Source of the DNA: Candidatus Woesearchaeota archaeon
Lineage (GTDB): Archaea; Nanobdellota; Nanobdellia; SCGC-AAA011-G17; UBA489
Assembly (NCBI GenBank): GCA_964344635.1
Contig: CAYFOE010000002.1
Location: 34,953 to 98,952 of the forward strand
Direction: 5' to 3'
Length of the DNA: 64,000 nucleotides
The notes beneath the pieces were generated by a model that was given only the letters and a program-made list of their open reading frames with translations, did no database searches and was not told the origin of the DNA. The position numbers were made by a program, and so were the translations under genes. Of the stretch, positions 43,273 through 53,129 are shown piece by piece; position 1 is the stretch's first letter, and every line of letters starts with the position of its first letter.

Positions 43273-44730
43273 CTATCCTTTAACATTACCAATTGGGTTA
43301 AACCCGACTACTTTTTTGGCAATTCCGAAACTGTCTAAAACGTCAACTACGGAATCAATGTTTTTGTAAGCACTTCCTGCTTCTTCTGCAAGGCCTTGCA
43401 TGCTTGCTGATCTGACATAAATTCCTTTTTTCATCATTGTTTCTTGTAACTCTTTACCTTTGAATTCATGTTTAGCTTTGGTTCTTGACATTGTTCTTCC
43501 AGAACCGTGAGCTGTGCTTCCGAATGTTTCGTCCATTGCTTTTTTTGTTCCGACTAATAAGTGTGATCCGGTTTCCATGCTCCCTCCTAGGATTACGGGT
43601 TGGCCGACTGGCCTATATTGTGGACAAAGTTCGGCGTGTTTTGGTGGAAATGCTCTGGTTGCACCTTTTCTATGCACTACAACTTTTTTCATTTTGCCTT
43701 CAATCTTATGTTTTTCAACTTTGGCTATGTTGTGTGCAACATCATAAACTAGGTTCATGTCCATGTTTTCATGGTTTTGTTTGAAGATTTTTGAAAATGC
43801 TTCTCTAATTCTATGGGTGATTATTTGCCTATTCACAAAAGCCATATTTGCAGAGCATGCCATTGCACTATAATAGTCCTGGCCTTCATCTGAATTGAAT
43901 GGAGCGCAGGCTAATTCTTTATCATTAACTTGGATATTGTATTTATTCATTGAATCGTTAAAGACTTTCAGATAGTCCGTTGCGACTTGATGTCCTAATC
44001 CTCTTGATCCACAATGAACCATGATGACAACTTGATCGTCTCCATATACACCAAATTTTTTTGCAACCTCTTCATCAAAAACATTTACTGATTTCGCTAA
44101 CTGGATTTCTAAATAATGATTTCCTGAACCTAGAGTTCCTAGTTGGTTCATTCCTCTTCCTCTAGCTCTTTGTGAAACTTTTTCTACATTTGCCCCTTCA
44201 ATAAAGCCATAACCTTCGGTGTTCCACAAATCTTTTTCAACGGCATACCCGTTTTCAACACACCACTTAACTCCGGTTTCCATGATGTCATTGAACTCTT
44301 GATTTTTAAGATTAAGAAAGCCTTTACACCCTACACCTGAGGGAACTGTAACAAATAAGTGATCGACTAATTTCTTTAGCTGGGGTTTAACATCTTTATA
44401 ACTCATGTTAGTTGTGATTAATCTCATTCCACAATTAATGTCGAAGCCGATCCCTCCGGGACTGATTATTCCTTCATCTACATCAAAGGCTGCCACACCT
44501 CCAATCGGAAAACCGTAACCCCAATGTCCGTCTGGCATACAGAAGGCATTTTTTTGGATTCCTGGTAGGGATGCTACATTACTCAGTTGGTCAAAAACTC
44601 CATCGTCCATTCCCTTCAAGAGAGATTCGCTTGCAATAATTTTTCCTGGAACGTTCATTCCTTTCTTAAAACTGGTTGGAAGTTCCCATTCAAAACCAGA
44701 AATTTTTTTTATTTCTTTTGGCACAGACAT
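43273..44730 (-). CDS. rtcB: RNA-splicing ligase RtcB (3'-phosphate/5'-OH tRNA ligase)
   Basis: Typical RtcB core with the His/Cys metal site and the GxGxxxxR-type HGSGRTMSR region. 485 aa, no intein. Confidence 0.9.
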   Translation of the reverse strand: MSVPKEIKKISGFEWELPTSFKKGMNVPGKIIASESLLKGMDDGVFDQLSNVASLPGIQKNAFCMPDGHWGYGFPIGGVAAFDVDEGIISPGGIGFDINCGMRLITTNMSYKDVKPQLKKLVDHLFVTVPSGVGCKGFLNLKNQEFNDIMETGVKWCVENGYAVEKDLWNTEGYGFIEGANVEKVSQRARGRGMNQLGTLGSGNHYLEIQLAKSVNVFDEEVAKKFGVYGDDQVVIMVHCGSRGLGHQVATDYLKVFNDSMNKYNIQVNDKELACAPFNSDEGQDYYSAMACSANMAFVNRQIITHRIREAFSKIFKQNHENMDMNLVYDVAHNIAKVEKHKIEGKMKKVVVHRKGATRAFPPKHAELCPQYRPVGQPVILGGSMETGSHLLVGTKKAMDETFGSTAHGSGRTMSRTKAKHEFKGKELQETMMKKGIYVRSASMQGLAEEAGSAYKNIDSVVDVLDSFGIAKKVVGFNPIGNVKG

Positions 44731-44808
44731 AATTTCAGGACGCCTTAGAGTTTATTTAAAGGTTCCTAGAAAAGTTAAGTTTATTAATGTACAGCCATCA
44801 ACAATTTC

Positions 44809-45021
44809 ATGCTTAACAGGTTAAAAAAATTAAGGCCAATTAACAAGGCAATTTTTACTTTGATGGTTGGTTTTTCTGTTGTGGCTTTCTGGAGAGGTGC
44901 GTGGGGCCTAATGGATACTTACCTCTATCCGAGTAATTACGAGTTGAGTTCTTGGATTTCAATTGTTCTCGGACTATTTGTCTTAGCAATTACGCATTAC
45001 TGGACTAAGGAATTAGTCTAA
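44809..45021 (+). CDS. small membrane protein
   Basis: 70 aa with two hydrophobic helices. Confidence 0.2.
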   Translation: MLNRLKKLRPINKAIFTLMVGFSVVAFWRGAWGLMDTYLYPSNYELSSWISIVLGLFVLAITHYWTKELV

Positions 45022-45054
45022 AACTTTAAATAACGTTCAATTTCCATTTAAGAA

Positions 45055-45321
45055 ATGGAATTAATATTGACTATTATCACTGTCTTGTATGCGGGCACGG
45101 GAGTTGTTGCAGCGATAGGTTATCTTCCTACATTGAGGGATTTGTTCAATCATGTTAAAAGTGCAAATGTGAATTCATACTTGATCTGGACTTGCACTAG
45201 TTTGGTTGCATTTCTTTACGCGACATTGATTATCTCTGATTTGTTATTAGAAATTGTGACTGGAGTAAATCTGTTATTTTGTGCATTAATTTTATTCCTT
45301 TCACTAAAAATAAAAAAGTAG
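45055..45321 (+). CDS. small membrane protein
   Basis: 88 aa with three hydrophobic helices. Confidence 0.25.
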   Translation: MELILTIITVLYAGTGVVAAIGYLPTLRDLFNHVKSANVNSYLIWTCTSLVAFLYATLIISDLLLEIVTGVNLLFCALILFLSLKIKK

Positions 45322-45328
45322 AGGTTTG

Positions 45329-45910
45329 TTATAACCTCTTTTCTAATGCATCCCAGTTGATTATTTTGAAAAAGTTTTCAATCCAGTCAGCTCGTCTGTT
45401 TTGGTATTTCAGGTAATATGCATGTTCCCAGACATCGCATACTAAAAGAATTTTATATCCTGGGATGAAAACTTTTTGATGATTTTCTACAGAAAATATC
45501 TTTAGATCTCCATCTGGACCTTTTGCTAAGACGCCCCAACCTGAACCTTCAACTGCTAAGGTTACTTTTGAAAATTCTTCTCTAAATTTGTCAAAACTTC
45601 CAAATGTTTCTTCGATAGCTTCAAAGATTGCTCCGGCAGGCTTGTTTTCTTCACTTCCAGGCATTAAGTTTTCCCAGAATAGGGTATGTAATGCATGGCC
45701 TGCGCCATGGAATGCAAGTTCTTTTTCCCAATGCTTAACTAAGGAATAGTCGCCAGAATTTCTAGCTTCTTCTAATTTAGTTACGGCATTGTTTAATCCT
45801 GCAACATAACCTGCATGGTGTTTGCTATGGTGCAATTCAACAGTTTCTTTGTCATAATATGGCTCAAGTGCATCGTACTCATATTCTAGTTTAGGTAATT
45901 CGTAAGCCAT
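45329..45910 (-). CDS. sod: Fe/Mn superoxide dismutase
   Basis: MAYELPKLEYEYDALEPYYDKETVELHHSKHH...DVWEHAYYLKYQNRR. Classic Fe/Mn-SOD ligand motifs. Confidence 0.85.
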   Translation of the reverse strand: MAYELPKLEYEYDALEPYYDKETVELHHSKHHAGYVAGLNNAVTKLEEARNSGDYSLVKHWEKELAFHGAGHALHTLFWENLMPGSEENKPAGAIFEAIEETFGSFDKFREEFSKVTLAVEGSGWGVLAKGPDGDLKIFSVENHQKVFIPGYKILLVCDVWEHAYYLKYQNRRADWIENFFKIINWDALEKRL

Positions 45911-45911
45911 T

Positions 45912-46490
45912 TTAGATCTTCCCTACTAAGTCCATTCCTGGTTTTAATGTGTCTTTTCCTGGTTCCCAGTTTACTGGGCAGACTTGGTCGCCGTGTTCGG
46001 CTACAAATTGTGCAGCTTTGATCTTTCTCAATAGTTCTGCATTGTTTCTTCCAATAGAGTTGTCGTGTAATTCATATGCTTTCAGGTTTCCTTCTGGGTC
46101 GATTATGAAAGTTCCTCTCAATGCCAATCCTTCTTCTCTGATGTAGGTTCCATATGCTTTGCAAACTTTTCCTGTAGGGTCTGCTAGCATTGGGAAATTA
46201 ATCTTCTTGATTGTTTCAGAATTATCTTTCCATGCTTTGTGTACGAAAGCAGTGTCAGTACTTACACTGATTACTTCCGTATTCATTGACTTAAAGTCTT
46301 CATACCTGTCAGCTAAATCTCCAAGTTCTGTTGGACATACAAATGTAAAGTCTGCTGGGTAAAAGTAGAGTACTACCCATTTTCCTTTGTAATCACTTAG
46401 ACTTAATTTTTTAGTATCATTTCCAACTAAAGCTTCAGCTGTAAATTCTGGTGCCGGGGCCCCAATTTCTAATTTTATATCATTATCCAT
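45912..46490 (-). CDS. peroxiredoxin (AhpC/TSA family)
   Basis: FTFVCPTE peroxidatic Cys motif. The tabulated start is 46526; the internal ATG at 46490 is preceded by AAGGAGG about 8 nt upstream (SD-like) and gives MDNDIKLEIGAPAPEF. Confidence 0.85.
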   Translation of the reverse strand: MDNDIKLEIGAPAPEFTAEALVGNDTKKLSLSDYKGKWVVLYFYPADFTFVCPTELGDLADRYEDFKSMNTEVISVSTDTAFVHKAWKDNSETIKKINFPMLADPTGKVCKAYGTYIREEGLALRGTFIIDPEGNLKAYELHDNSIGRNNAELLRKIKAAQFVAEHGDQVCPVNWEPGKDTLKPGMDLVGKI

Positions 46491-46588
46491 TTTATTCCTC
46501 CTTAGAATACAAATGCTTGTAAGCATCTAAACATATGAAAATTTATAGAGCATATTTATTAATATTTCTGTACTTTAGTAAACAATTG

Positions 46589-47185
46589 TTAATTTTTGAT
46601 CAAAAATCTGCCAAAAATCAGGCCCAAGATTGCTCCAACCATGTTATAGAGCATATCAAACATTGTATTGAACCATTCTGAATTAAAGAATTCTGTGTTA
46701 ATATCTCCTAGGCCATGCCCAAATACACCTGCACCTTCACCTATCAGAAAGTATCCTATGAATTCCAAGAACTCAACAAAGGCTCCGACACCTAATGCGA
46801 TCAAAACTATGAATAAAGATAAGACAACTTTTTTTGAGAGTGTGTTCATTAGTTTTTCTTTAACAAAGAAATTGTAGACTACCCTTGTTGCAGCAAAACT
46901 TCCAAACATGTGGGTGATGTGATCCCACTGGATAAATACGGGGGATTGACTGTAAAAACCGAAGACTCCCATGTTGTGCAGAACAAATCCTAGAACTACG
47001 ACTAAATAAACTCTATTGTCTGTTTTGAAATCTCCACTATAAATGTACAGTATAGATAAAACGATTATTATGAGTAAGCTATCATTGGCATAGTCCATTA
47101 CTCCTGAGACAAAAGCCACTACGATGAATCCGAAAAATAGAATAAGGGAAGCTACATATAACTTAAAATTAACAGTTCTTTTCAT
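46589..47185 (-). CDS. polytopic membrane protein, hypothetical
   Basis: 198 aa with five to six hydrophobic helices. Confidence 0.35.
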   Translation of the reverse strand: MKRTVNFKLYVASLILFFGFIVVAFVSGVMDYANDSLLIIIVLSILYIYSGDFKTDNRVYLVVVLGFVLHNMGVFGFYSQSPVFIQWDHITHMFGSFAATRVVYNFFVKEKLMNTLSKKVVLSLFIVLIALGVGAFVEFLEFIGYFLIGEGAGVFGHGLGDINTEFFNSEWFNTMFDMLYNMVGAILGLIFGRFLIKN

Positions 47186-47188
47186 AAT

Positions 47189-47473
47189 CTATCTCTTCCC
47201 AAATTTACTTAGAGGTTTTTTTAATTTTACAAATGGAAATGGCCTTTCATTGTTTACAAATGTAATATATCTTAAAAAAACATAAACTTGAGTATTCCAA
47301 ATCTCACATAATTCTGCAAGCTCTCTATTTCTCTTCCCGGTAACTAATGTAACTAAAAAATTAACTACGAATAATATTTGTATCAAAAACTTCCAAACAC
47401 TTAAGATTAGGCCCGACACAAAGATCACTACGATCCTCATTAGAACTTCGAGTCTTTCATCCACTTTTTTCAT
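47189..47473 (-). CDS. small membrane protein
   Basis: 94 aa with two hydrophobic helices. Confidence 0.25.
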   Translation of the reverse strand: MKKVDERLEVLMRIVVIFVSGLILSVWKFLIQILFVVNFLVTLVTGKRNRELAELCEIWNTQVYVFLRYITFVNNERPFPFVKLKKPLSKFGKR

Positions 47474-47558
47474 AATATTCTCTTAAAAAGCCAGTTTTAT
47501 AAACTTTTCCAAGACTAAAAAAATTTATAAACAATCCTTCAAACATCAAATCAATAAG

Positions 47559-48104
47559 ATGAGCATCAAAAACAAGATTAAGAACGTTAAAATGTTCGGT
47601 TTTAGGAGCGTTATGCCAAAAAGAAGCCACCAACTCGTGATTGGTCTTGTACTTGTTGCAGTGTTCTTCTCATTGGGTCAGATATTTGCTCATGATGAAA
47701 GCCCAAGCATTACTGGGAGGGTAGTTGAGGATTTCGGCCAAGAGGTCGTAGATGAGCCTACCTTTAATTCTGAAGAGGATTCTGAAGAGATTGAGGAAAC
47801 TAGCCAGGAAGAACTAGAAAAAGGGGAAGAATATGAGGTCTATGAGTACTATGAATATGGCGGAGAATGCTCATATGACATAAAACAGGCTGAAGATGAC
47901 ATAAATGATGTTCTTTCCTTCTTGGGAGACAACGAAAAAACCTACAATGATGTTAAAGATGAGTATGAGTCTAAATTAGAAAGCTTAAAAAATGAATACG
48001 AGCCTAGGATTGAAAGAGCTAGAGAAGAATATGAAATCGATCAAGAAACTCTAATCGAAGCTCAAGACAGATTGCAGGAATTGCAGGAAATCTGTTCATA
48101 CTAA
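47559..48104 (+). CDS. secreted acidic coiled-coil protein
   Basis: Signal-anchor LVIGLVLVAVFFSLGQIFA, followed by a Glu/Tyr-rich acidic region. Confidence 0.35.
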   Translation: MSIKNKIKNVKMFGFRSVMPKRSHQLVIGLVLVAVFFSLGQIFAHDESPSITGRVVEDFGQEVVDEPTFNSEEDSEEIEETSQEELEKGEEYEVYEYYEYGGECSYDIKQAEDDINDVLSFLGDNEKTYNDVKDEYESKLESLKNEYEPRIERAREEYEIDQETLIEAQDRLQELQEICSY

Positions 48105-48133
48105 AAAGAGGGGTCATCAACACGGAGGAAATT

Positions 48134-48559
48134 ATGATGAACTCAGATAATAAAAAACTACACGTTGCTTTAGGAATTGTAGTTGGACTTATCCTTCTTC
48201 TAAGCATCTTCACATTTGGATGGGTACTTGGAGAGGAAGAAAAAACGAACACTAATCAAATTTTAGTGGTTAACAATCTAAAGAACATTGATCAAAATGA
48301 GGTTCAAAAACAAACTGAACTGCCTAAACTTGACCAAAGTTTGAGAGAACAAGAGAGACAAAACGTGGAGACTACTCATAATAATATTGAGATCAATATT
48401 CATGACAGTCACTATCATGGAACAAGATATTATGGGTCTTCAAGCCATTACTATAATCCTTACAGGACTAGGTACTACAATGGTTACCATCCATATTATA
48501 GGCATGGATTTGCATACTCTACTAGTTGGGGCAATGGCTTCAACTACAGGTATTACTAA
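48134..48559 (+). CDS. membrane-anchored protein with a Tyr/His/Arg-rich low-complexity C-terminus
   Basis: TM segment LHVALGIVVGLILLLSIFTFGWVLG. C-terminus HYHGTRYYGSSSHYYNPYRTRYYNGYHPYYRHGFAYSTSWGNGFNYRYY. Confidence 0.4.
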   Translation: MMNSDNKKLHVALGIVVGLILLLSIFTFGWVLGEEEKTNTNQILVVNNLKNIDQNEVQKQTELPKLDQSLREQERQNVETTHNNIEINIHDSHYHGTRYYGSSSHYYNPYRTRYYNGYHPYYRHGFAYSTSWGNGFNYRYY

Positions 48560-48599
48560 AACATATAAATAAGAAGTTCTTAACAAGTTCATGTTAAAA

Positions 48600-49538
48600 A
48601 TGGGTGAGAAAGTTATTATTGCATTGGGTGGGAACTCTCTCATTAAAGAGGGTGAAAAGCCTTCTATTTCTAATCAGTTCAAAAATGCAAGAAAGACTAT
48701 GGAATATTTAATTCCGTTGATAAAAAATAAAAATAAAATAATTTTAACACACGGCAATGGTCCCCAGGTAGGCAACATATTGATCCGGGTTGAAGAAGCA
48801 CTAGGGAAGGCTTATTCTATTCCGCTGGAGATTTGTGTTGCAGAATCCCAAGGAGAACTAGGTTACATTATTGAGCAGAGTTTACAAAATGTTCTTACGA
48901 AAAATAAAATTAAAACTCCAGTGGTTAGTTTATTAACTCAGGTGGTTGTTGAGAAAAAAGATCCGGCTTTCAAAAATCCTACGAAACCAATAGGGCCGTT
49001 CTATAAAAAGCCCGAGGCAAAAAAGTTAGAAAAGAAGGGTTTCAATATTGTTCACCAGGTTGGGAGGGGTTGGAGAAAGGTAGTGCCTTCACCAAAACCT
49101 AAAAGTATAGATGATGTAAAAATAATAAAAACACTCTTAGAGAATAATTCAATAATTATCGCTGCAGGGGGTGGTGGCGTGCCAATAATAAAAAACAAGG
49201 GAAAGATAATTCAAGGAATTCCTGCAGTAATTGATAAGGACCTTGCATCTGCATGTCTTGCAAATTCTATAAAGGCTGAAAATTTAATAATTTTGATGAA
49301 TGAACCTTGCGCTTATACTAATTACAAAAAGAAAAACCAAAAGCCCATAAGGAATATGAATTTAACTGAAGCTAAGAAACTTCTAAAACGAGGAGAGTTT
49401 CCTCCTGGCTCAATGGGTCCAAAGATAGAAGCTGCTATAAACTTCATAAAAAAGGGCGGTAAAAATGCAATAATAACTTCACCTAAGAGTTTAAAGAAAG
49501 CTTTAATAGGAAAGGCAGGGACAGTTATTACGAGGTGA
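48600..49538 (+). CDS. arcC: carbamate kinase
   Basis: MGEKVIIALGGNSL, and IAAGGGGVPI. The tabulated ORF starts 9 nt upstream; the ATG here gives the usual N-terminus. Confidence 0.8.
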   Translation: MGEKVIIALGGNSLIKEGEKPSISNQFKNARKTMEYLIPLIKNKNKIILTHGNGPQVGNILIRVEEALGKAYSIPLEICVAESQGELGYIIEQSLQNVLTKNKIKTPVVSLLTQVVVEKKDPAFKNPTKPIGPFYKKPEAKKLEKKGFNIVHQVGRGWRKVVPSPKPKSIDDVKIIKTLLENNSIIIAAGGGGVPIIKNKGKIIQGIPAVIDKDLASACLANSIKAENLIILMNEPCAYTNYKKKNQKPIRNMNLTEAKKLLKRGEFPPGSMGPKIEAAINFIKKGGKNAIITSPKSLKKALIGKAGTVITR

Positions 49539-49541
49539 ACA

Positions 49542-50870
49542 ATGAAAAAAACAAATGTATTAATCATGGGTGCGGCGGGAAGAGATTTCCATAATTTCTT
49601 AACATATTTCAAGAACAATAAAAACTTCAGGGTGATTGGTTTTACTGCTGAACAAATTCCTGGAATATCTAATAGAAAATTTCCTGCTAAACTTTCTGGA
49701 AAACTTTACAAAAATGGAATTCCTATATTCCATGAATCTAAATTAAAAAGTTTGATTAAAAAATATAAAATAGATGATGTTTACCTTTCATACTCGGATT
49801 TGTCCCATTCGGATGTAATGAATAAAGCCTCTACAGTTTTGGCAGCGGGTGCTAATTTCTGTCTTTTGGGAACAGAAGAAACTCAGATTAAATCAAGAAA
49901 GCCGTTGATTTCTGTAACTGCTGTGAGGACTGGTGCAGGAAAATCTCAGACTTCAAGAAAGATTGCTAGAATTCTAAGAGATCGAGGGTATAAGGTTGTA
50001 GCAATAAGACATCCTATGCCTTATGGTGATTTGGTAAAACAGGAGGTTCAGAGGTTTACAACTTATGATGATATGTTAAAGCATAAGTGTACTATTGAAG
50101 AGAGGGAAGAATATGATCCTTGGGTAAAGCTTGGAATTCCTATTTATGCAGGTGTAGATTATTATAAGATTCTTAAATCTGCAGAAAAAGAGGCTGATGT
50201 TATAATCTGGGATGGAGGAAATAATGATATGTCCTTCTATAAGCCTGATTTAAACGTTGTAGTTTTGGATCCCCATAGGGCTGGACATGAAATGCAGTAT
50301 TATCCTGGGGAGGTTAACTTCAAAGCTGCTGATGTATTTGTGATCAATAAGGTTGACTCGGCTCCAAAGGAGGGAGTAAAAACTTTACTCGCGAACATAA
50401 AAGAACATAATTCTTCTGCGATAGTCATTAAGGCACAATCGCAACTGGTGATAGAAAAACCTCAGAGGTTGAAAAATAAAAAGGTCTTAATTGTGGGGGA
50501 TGGGCCTACTTTGACTCATGGGGGAATGAGCTTTGGAGCAGGGACCATTGCTGCAGACAAATACCATGCAAAAATTGTAAAGCCGTTCAAATTCATAACG
50601 GGGACTCTAAAAGAGACTTATAAAAAATATCCTCATTTAATAAAAAGTACTGAGCTCCCTGCAATGGGTTACACGCCAAAACAGAATAAAGACCTAGAAA
50701 ACACAATAAATAAGTCAAAAGTGGATCTCATCATTGATGGGACTCCTATAAATTTAAAGAAGCACATAAAGATTAAAAAAGAATTCATAGAGGTAAATTA
50801 TGTTCTAAAAGAAATTGGTAAAATAAAATTAACAGATGTTCTAAAAAGGGTAAAGATCAAGAAAAAATGA
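49542..50870 (+). CDS. P-loop protein, possibly cyclic 2,3-diphosphoglycerate synthetase-like (tentative)
   Basis: MKKTNVLIMGAAGRDFHNF and the P-loop-like VRTGAGKSQTS. 442 aa. Family assignment is from memory of CPGS N-termini and is unverified. Confidence 0.3.
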   Translation: MKKTNVLIMGAAGRDFHNFLTYFKNNKNFRVIGFTAEQIPGISNRKFPAKLSGKLYKNGIPIFHESKLKSLIKKYKIDDVYLSYSDLSHSDVMNKASTVLAAGANFCLLGTEETQIKSRKPLISVTAVRTGAGKSQTSRKIARILRDRGYKVVAIRHPMPYGDLVKQEVQRFTTYDDMLKHKCTIEEREEYDPWVKLGIPIYAGVDYYKILKSAEKEADVIIWDGGNNDMSFYKPDLNVVVLDPHRAGHEMQYYPGEVNFKAADVFVINKVDSAPKEGVKTLLANIKEHNSSAIVIKAQSQLVIEKPQRLKNKKVLIVGDGPTLTHGGMSFGAGTIAADKYHAKIVKPFKFITGTLKETYKKYPHLIKSTELPAMGYTPKQNKDLENTINKSKVDLIIDGTPINLKKHIKIKKEFIEVNYVLKEIGKIKLTDVLKRVKIKKK

Positions 50871-51799
50871 AGAATCTGCTGACGCTCTCAAGTTTAAAAC
50901 CTAAAGATTTCCATGAAATTCTTAATCTTGCTTCTGAGATAAAGAGTAAAAAATCTATGTATTCTAGGAGTTTATTCGAAAAAACTTTAATCATGATTTT
51001 TGAGGCTCCCTCACTTAGAACTAGGGTTTCATTCGAGGTTGCAATGACTCAGCTTCATGGTCATGCCATAAACTACTATTCTGAAAACTCGCCGTGGGGG
51101 CTTGGTAAGGAATCGATAGAGGATGTTGCTAAAACCTTGAGTCAATACTGTGATCTTATTTCTGCGAGAATCTATTCCCATTCAGAGTTAAAAAAACTGG
51201 CAAGAAACTCTGATGTGCCTGTAATTAATATGATGACTAATGAGGGGCATCCTTGCCAGGTACTTGGAGATTTTTTAACAATCAAGGAAAGGTTTGAGAA
51301 AGTTTCTGGACTAAAGATTGCATATTTGGGTGATGCAAAGAATAACGTAACTTATTCTTTGATGAGGGCCTGTGCAATTTTGGGAAATAAATTATCTATT
51401 GCATGTCCAAAAAAGAAGGAATATTTGCCTATTAAAAGAATAGTCGATGAAGCTGAGAACTTATCTAAGAAATATAAATCTCCTAAAGTTCAAATAACTG
51501 AGAATATTCGGTCTGCAACCAAGGACGCAGACGTGATTTATACTGATTCTTGGATGTCTTATAGGATTCCTATGGATGAAAAAGAAAAAAGGTTGAAAGA
51601 TCTAATGAAATTTCAAGTGAGTAAAAAAACTTTATCTAATGCGAAGAAGGATGCAGTCTTCATGCACTGTCTTCCTGCAATGAGGGGCCATGAGGTTACA
51701 AAGGAAGTAATTGATGGGGCAAAATCTGTGGTTTTTCCTCAGGCACAAAACAGACTTCATGTTCAAAAATCAATTCTAATGAAACTATCCGGGAAATAA
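50867..51799 (+). CDS. ornithine carbamoyltransferase-family transcarbamylase
   Basis: SLRTRVSFEVA (STRTR-type), HPCQVLGD (HPxQ), HCLPAMRG (HCLP). The DSWMSY motif deviates from the canonical DxWxSMG of OTC. Confidence 0.75.
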   Translation: MKNLLTLSSLKPKDFHEILNLASEIKSKKSMYSRSLFEKTLIMIFEAPSLRTRVSFEVAMTQLHGHAINYYSENSPWGLGKESIEDVAKTLSQYCDLISARIYSHSELKKLARNSDVPVINMMTNEGHPCQVLGDFLTIKERFEKVSGLKIAYLGDAKNNVTYSLMRACAILGNKLSIACPKKKEYLPIKRIVDEAENLSKKYKSPKVQITENIRSATKDADVIYTDSWMSYRIPMDEKEKRLKDLMKFQVSKKTLSNAKKDAVFMHCLPAMRGHEVTKEVIDGAKSVVFPQAQNRLHVQKSILMKLSGK

Positions 51800-51800
51800 G

Positions 51801-53129
51801 ATGGTTAACCAAAAAGTAATAGATTATGCGAGAGATCTAGCTAATAGGGGCTTTACAGAGGATGCAGCAAGAAGCATTCTCCAAACTAAGGGGTTTGCTC
51901 AAGATGATATCGAAAAGGCTATACAATTGGCTTCAAGACCCCCTAAAACAAATAGCAATCTTCAAGTATTCCTAGCAATATTTTTACTCTTGGTAGCTGG
52001 AGTAATAATTTTTGCATTAACTACTATTGATAATAATGAGTTGGAAGAAAGCGAATATGGAACCGATAACTTGGATAGCTTTGCAAATACGTTCGATAAA
52101 AGTGAAGAGGTGACTTTTACTTGTGGTTTTAATGATGAGTGCTTATTTGATGAATATTGTTTGAACAACCAATGTGAAAAACTAAACTGTTTGCCCTGTG
52201 AAGAAATATCTAATCATCAATGTGTTGAGCTCTCATGTGATGATCAAGATTCTTGTACGCTAGATGTTTGTTTGGAGGGAATTTGTTCAAATAACCTGAT
52301 AGATGTATGCAATAATGGCGATGGTTGTTGTCCGTCTGATTGTAATGTGACTTCTGATTCTGATTGCAGGTCTCTTAAGGAATGTGAGATTGACTTGGAC
52401 TGTTCTGATGATAATCCTCAAACAATAGATTCGTGCATAATTCAGAATGAAAGTTCAAAGTGTGAACATACTTTAATAAATTGTACAAATGATGACTTAA
52501 TCTGTCCGTCGGAATGTAACAGCTTGAATGATAATGACTGTCTTCCAATTTGTGGGAATCAGATTCTTGAATCTCCGGAAATCTGTGATGGTAATTGTCC
52601 ACTGAATCAGTCTTTTTGTAATGATAATAATACTTGTACAAATGATCTTTTGTTAGGATCTTCAGATTTGTGTACTGCTGAATGCATTCACTCGGAAATA
52701 TTGCTTTGTAATCATAATGATGGTTGTTGTCCTTCGGGCTGTATATACTCTTCAGATAATGATTGTCCTCCAAATTCCACGTTAGAAGCCCAAGGTTCTT
52801 TTGTGACTGTCCAGAGAACTACTCAGGGGATGGGAGAATTACTATCTTACGAGGATGGAACTTATAAGATGGTCTTCAATGAAGTTTTTGCGATATTGAA
52901 TGCTGAATTGAATCCGGATCTCAAGGTTTATTTGGCAATAAAACCTATAGTAACTAGTAAGGAGGATTTGAATTCTGGTAATTTATACATTGATGTTCTT
53001 AAACAAATTTCGGGTGAACAAGAGTATGTTATTTCAATTCCTCTTAGCCTTCAGGATTACAATAGTATTGTGATCTTTAGAGAAGACTTAAATTCTATAT
53101 ATTCTTATGCTACGTTAAACTTTGACTAA
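51801..53129 (+). CDS. membrane-anchored extracellular cysteine-rich repeat protein (myxococcal-type Cys-rich repeats)
   Basis: TM segment LQVFLAIFLLLVAGVIIFALT. Three repeats of the CNNGDGCCPSDCNVTSDSDC type, plus ICGNQILESPEICDGNCP (CGNG..E.CDDGN-like). Confidence 0.45.
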   Translation: MVNQKVIDYARDLANRGFTEDAARSILQTKGFAQDDIEKAIQLASRPPKTNSNLQVFLAIFLLLVAGVIIFALTTIDNNELEESEYGTDNLDSFANTFDKSEEVTFTCGFNDECLFDEYCLNNQCEKLNCLPCEEISNHQCVELSCDDQDSCTLDVCLEGICSNNLIDVCNNGDGCCPSDCNVTSDSDCRSLKECEIDLDCSDDNPQTIDSCIIQNESSKCEHTLINCTNDDLICPSECNSLNDNDCLPICGNQILESPEICDGNCPLNQSFCNDNNTCTNDLLLGSSDLCTAECIHSEILLCNHNDGCCPSGCIYSSDNDCPPNSTLEAQGSFVTVQRTTQGMGELLSYEDGTYKMVFNEVFAILNAELNPDLKVYLAIKPIVTSKEDLNSGNLYIDVLKQISGEQEYVISIPLSLQDYNSIVIFREDLNSIYSYATLNFD

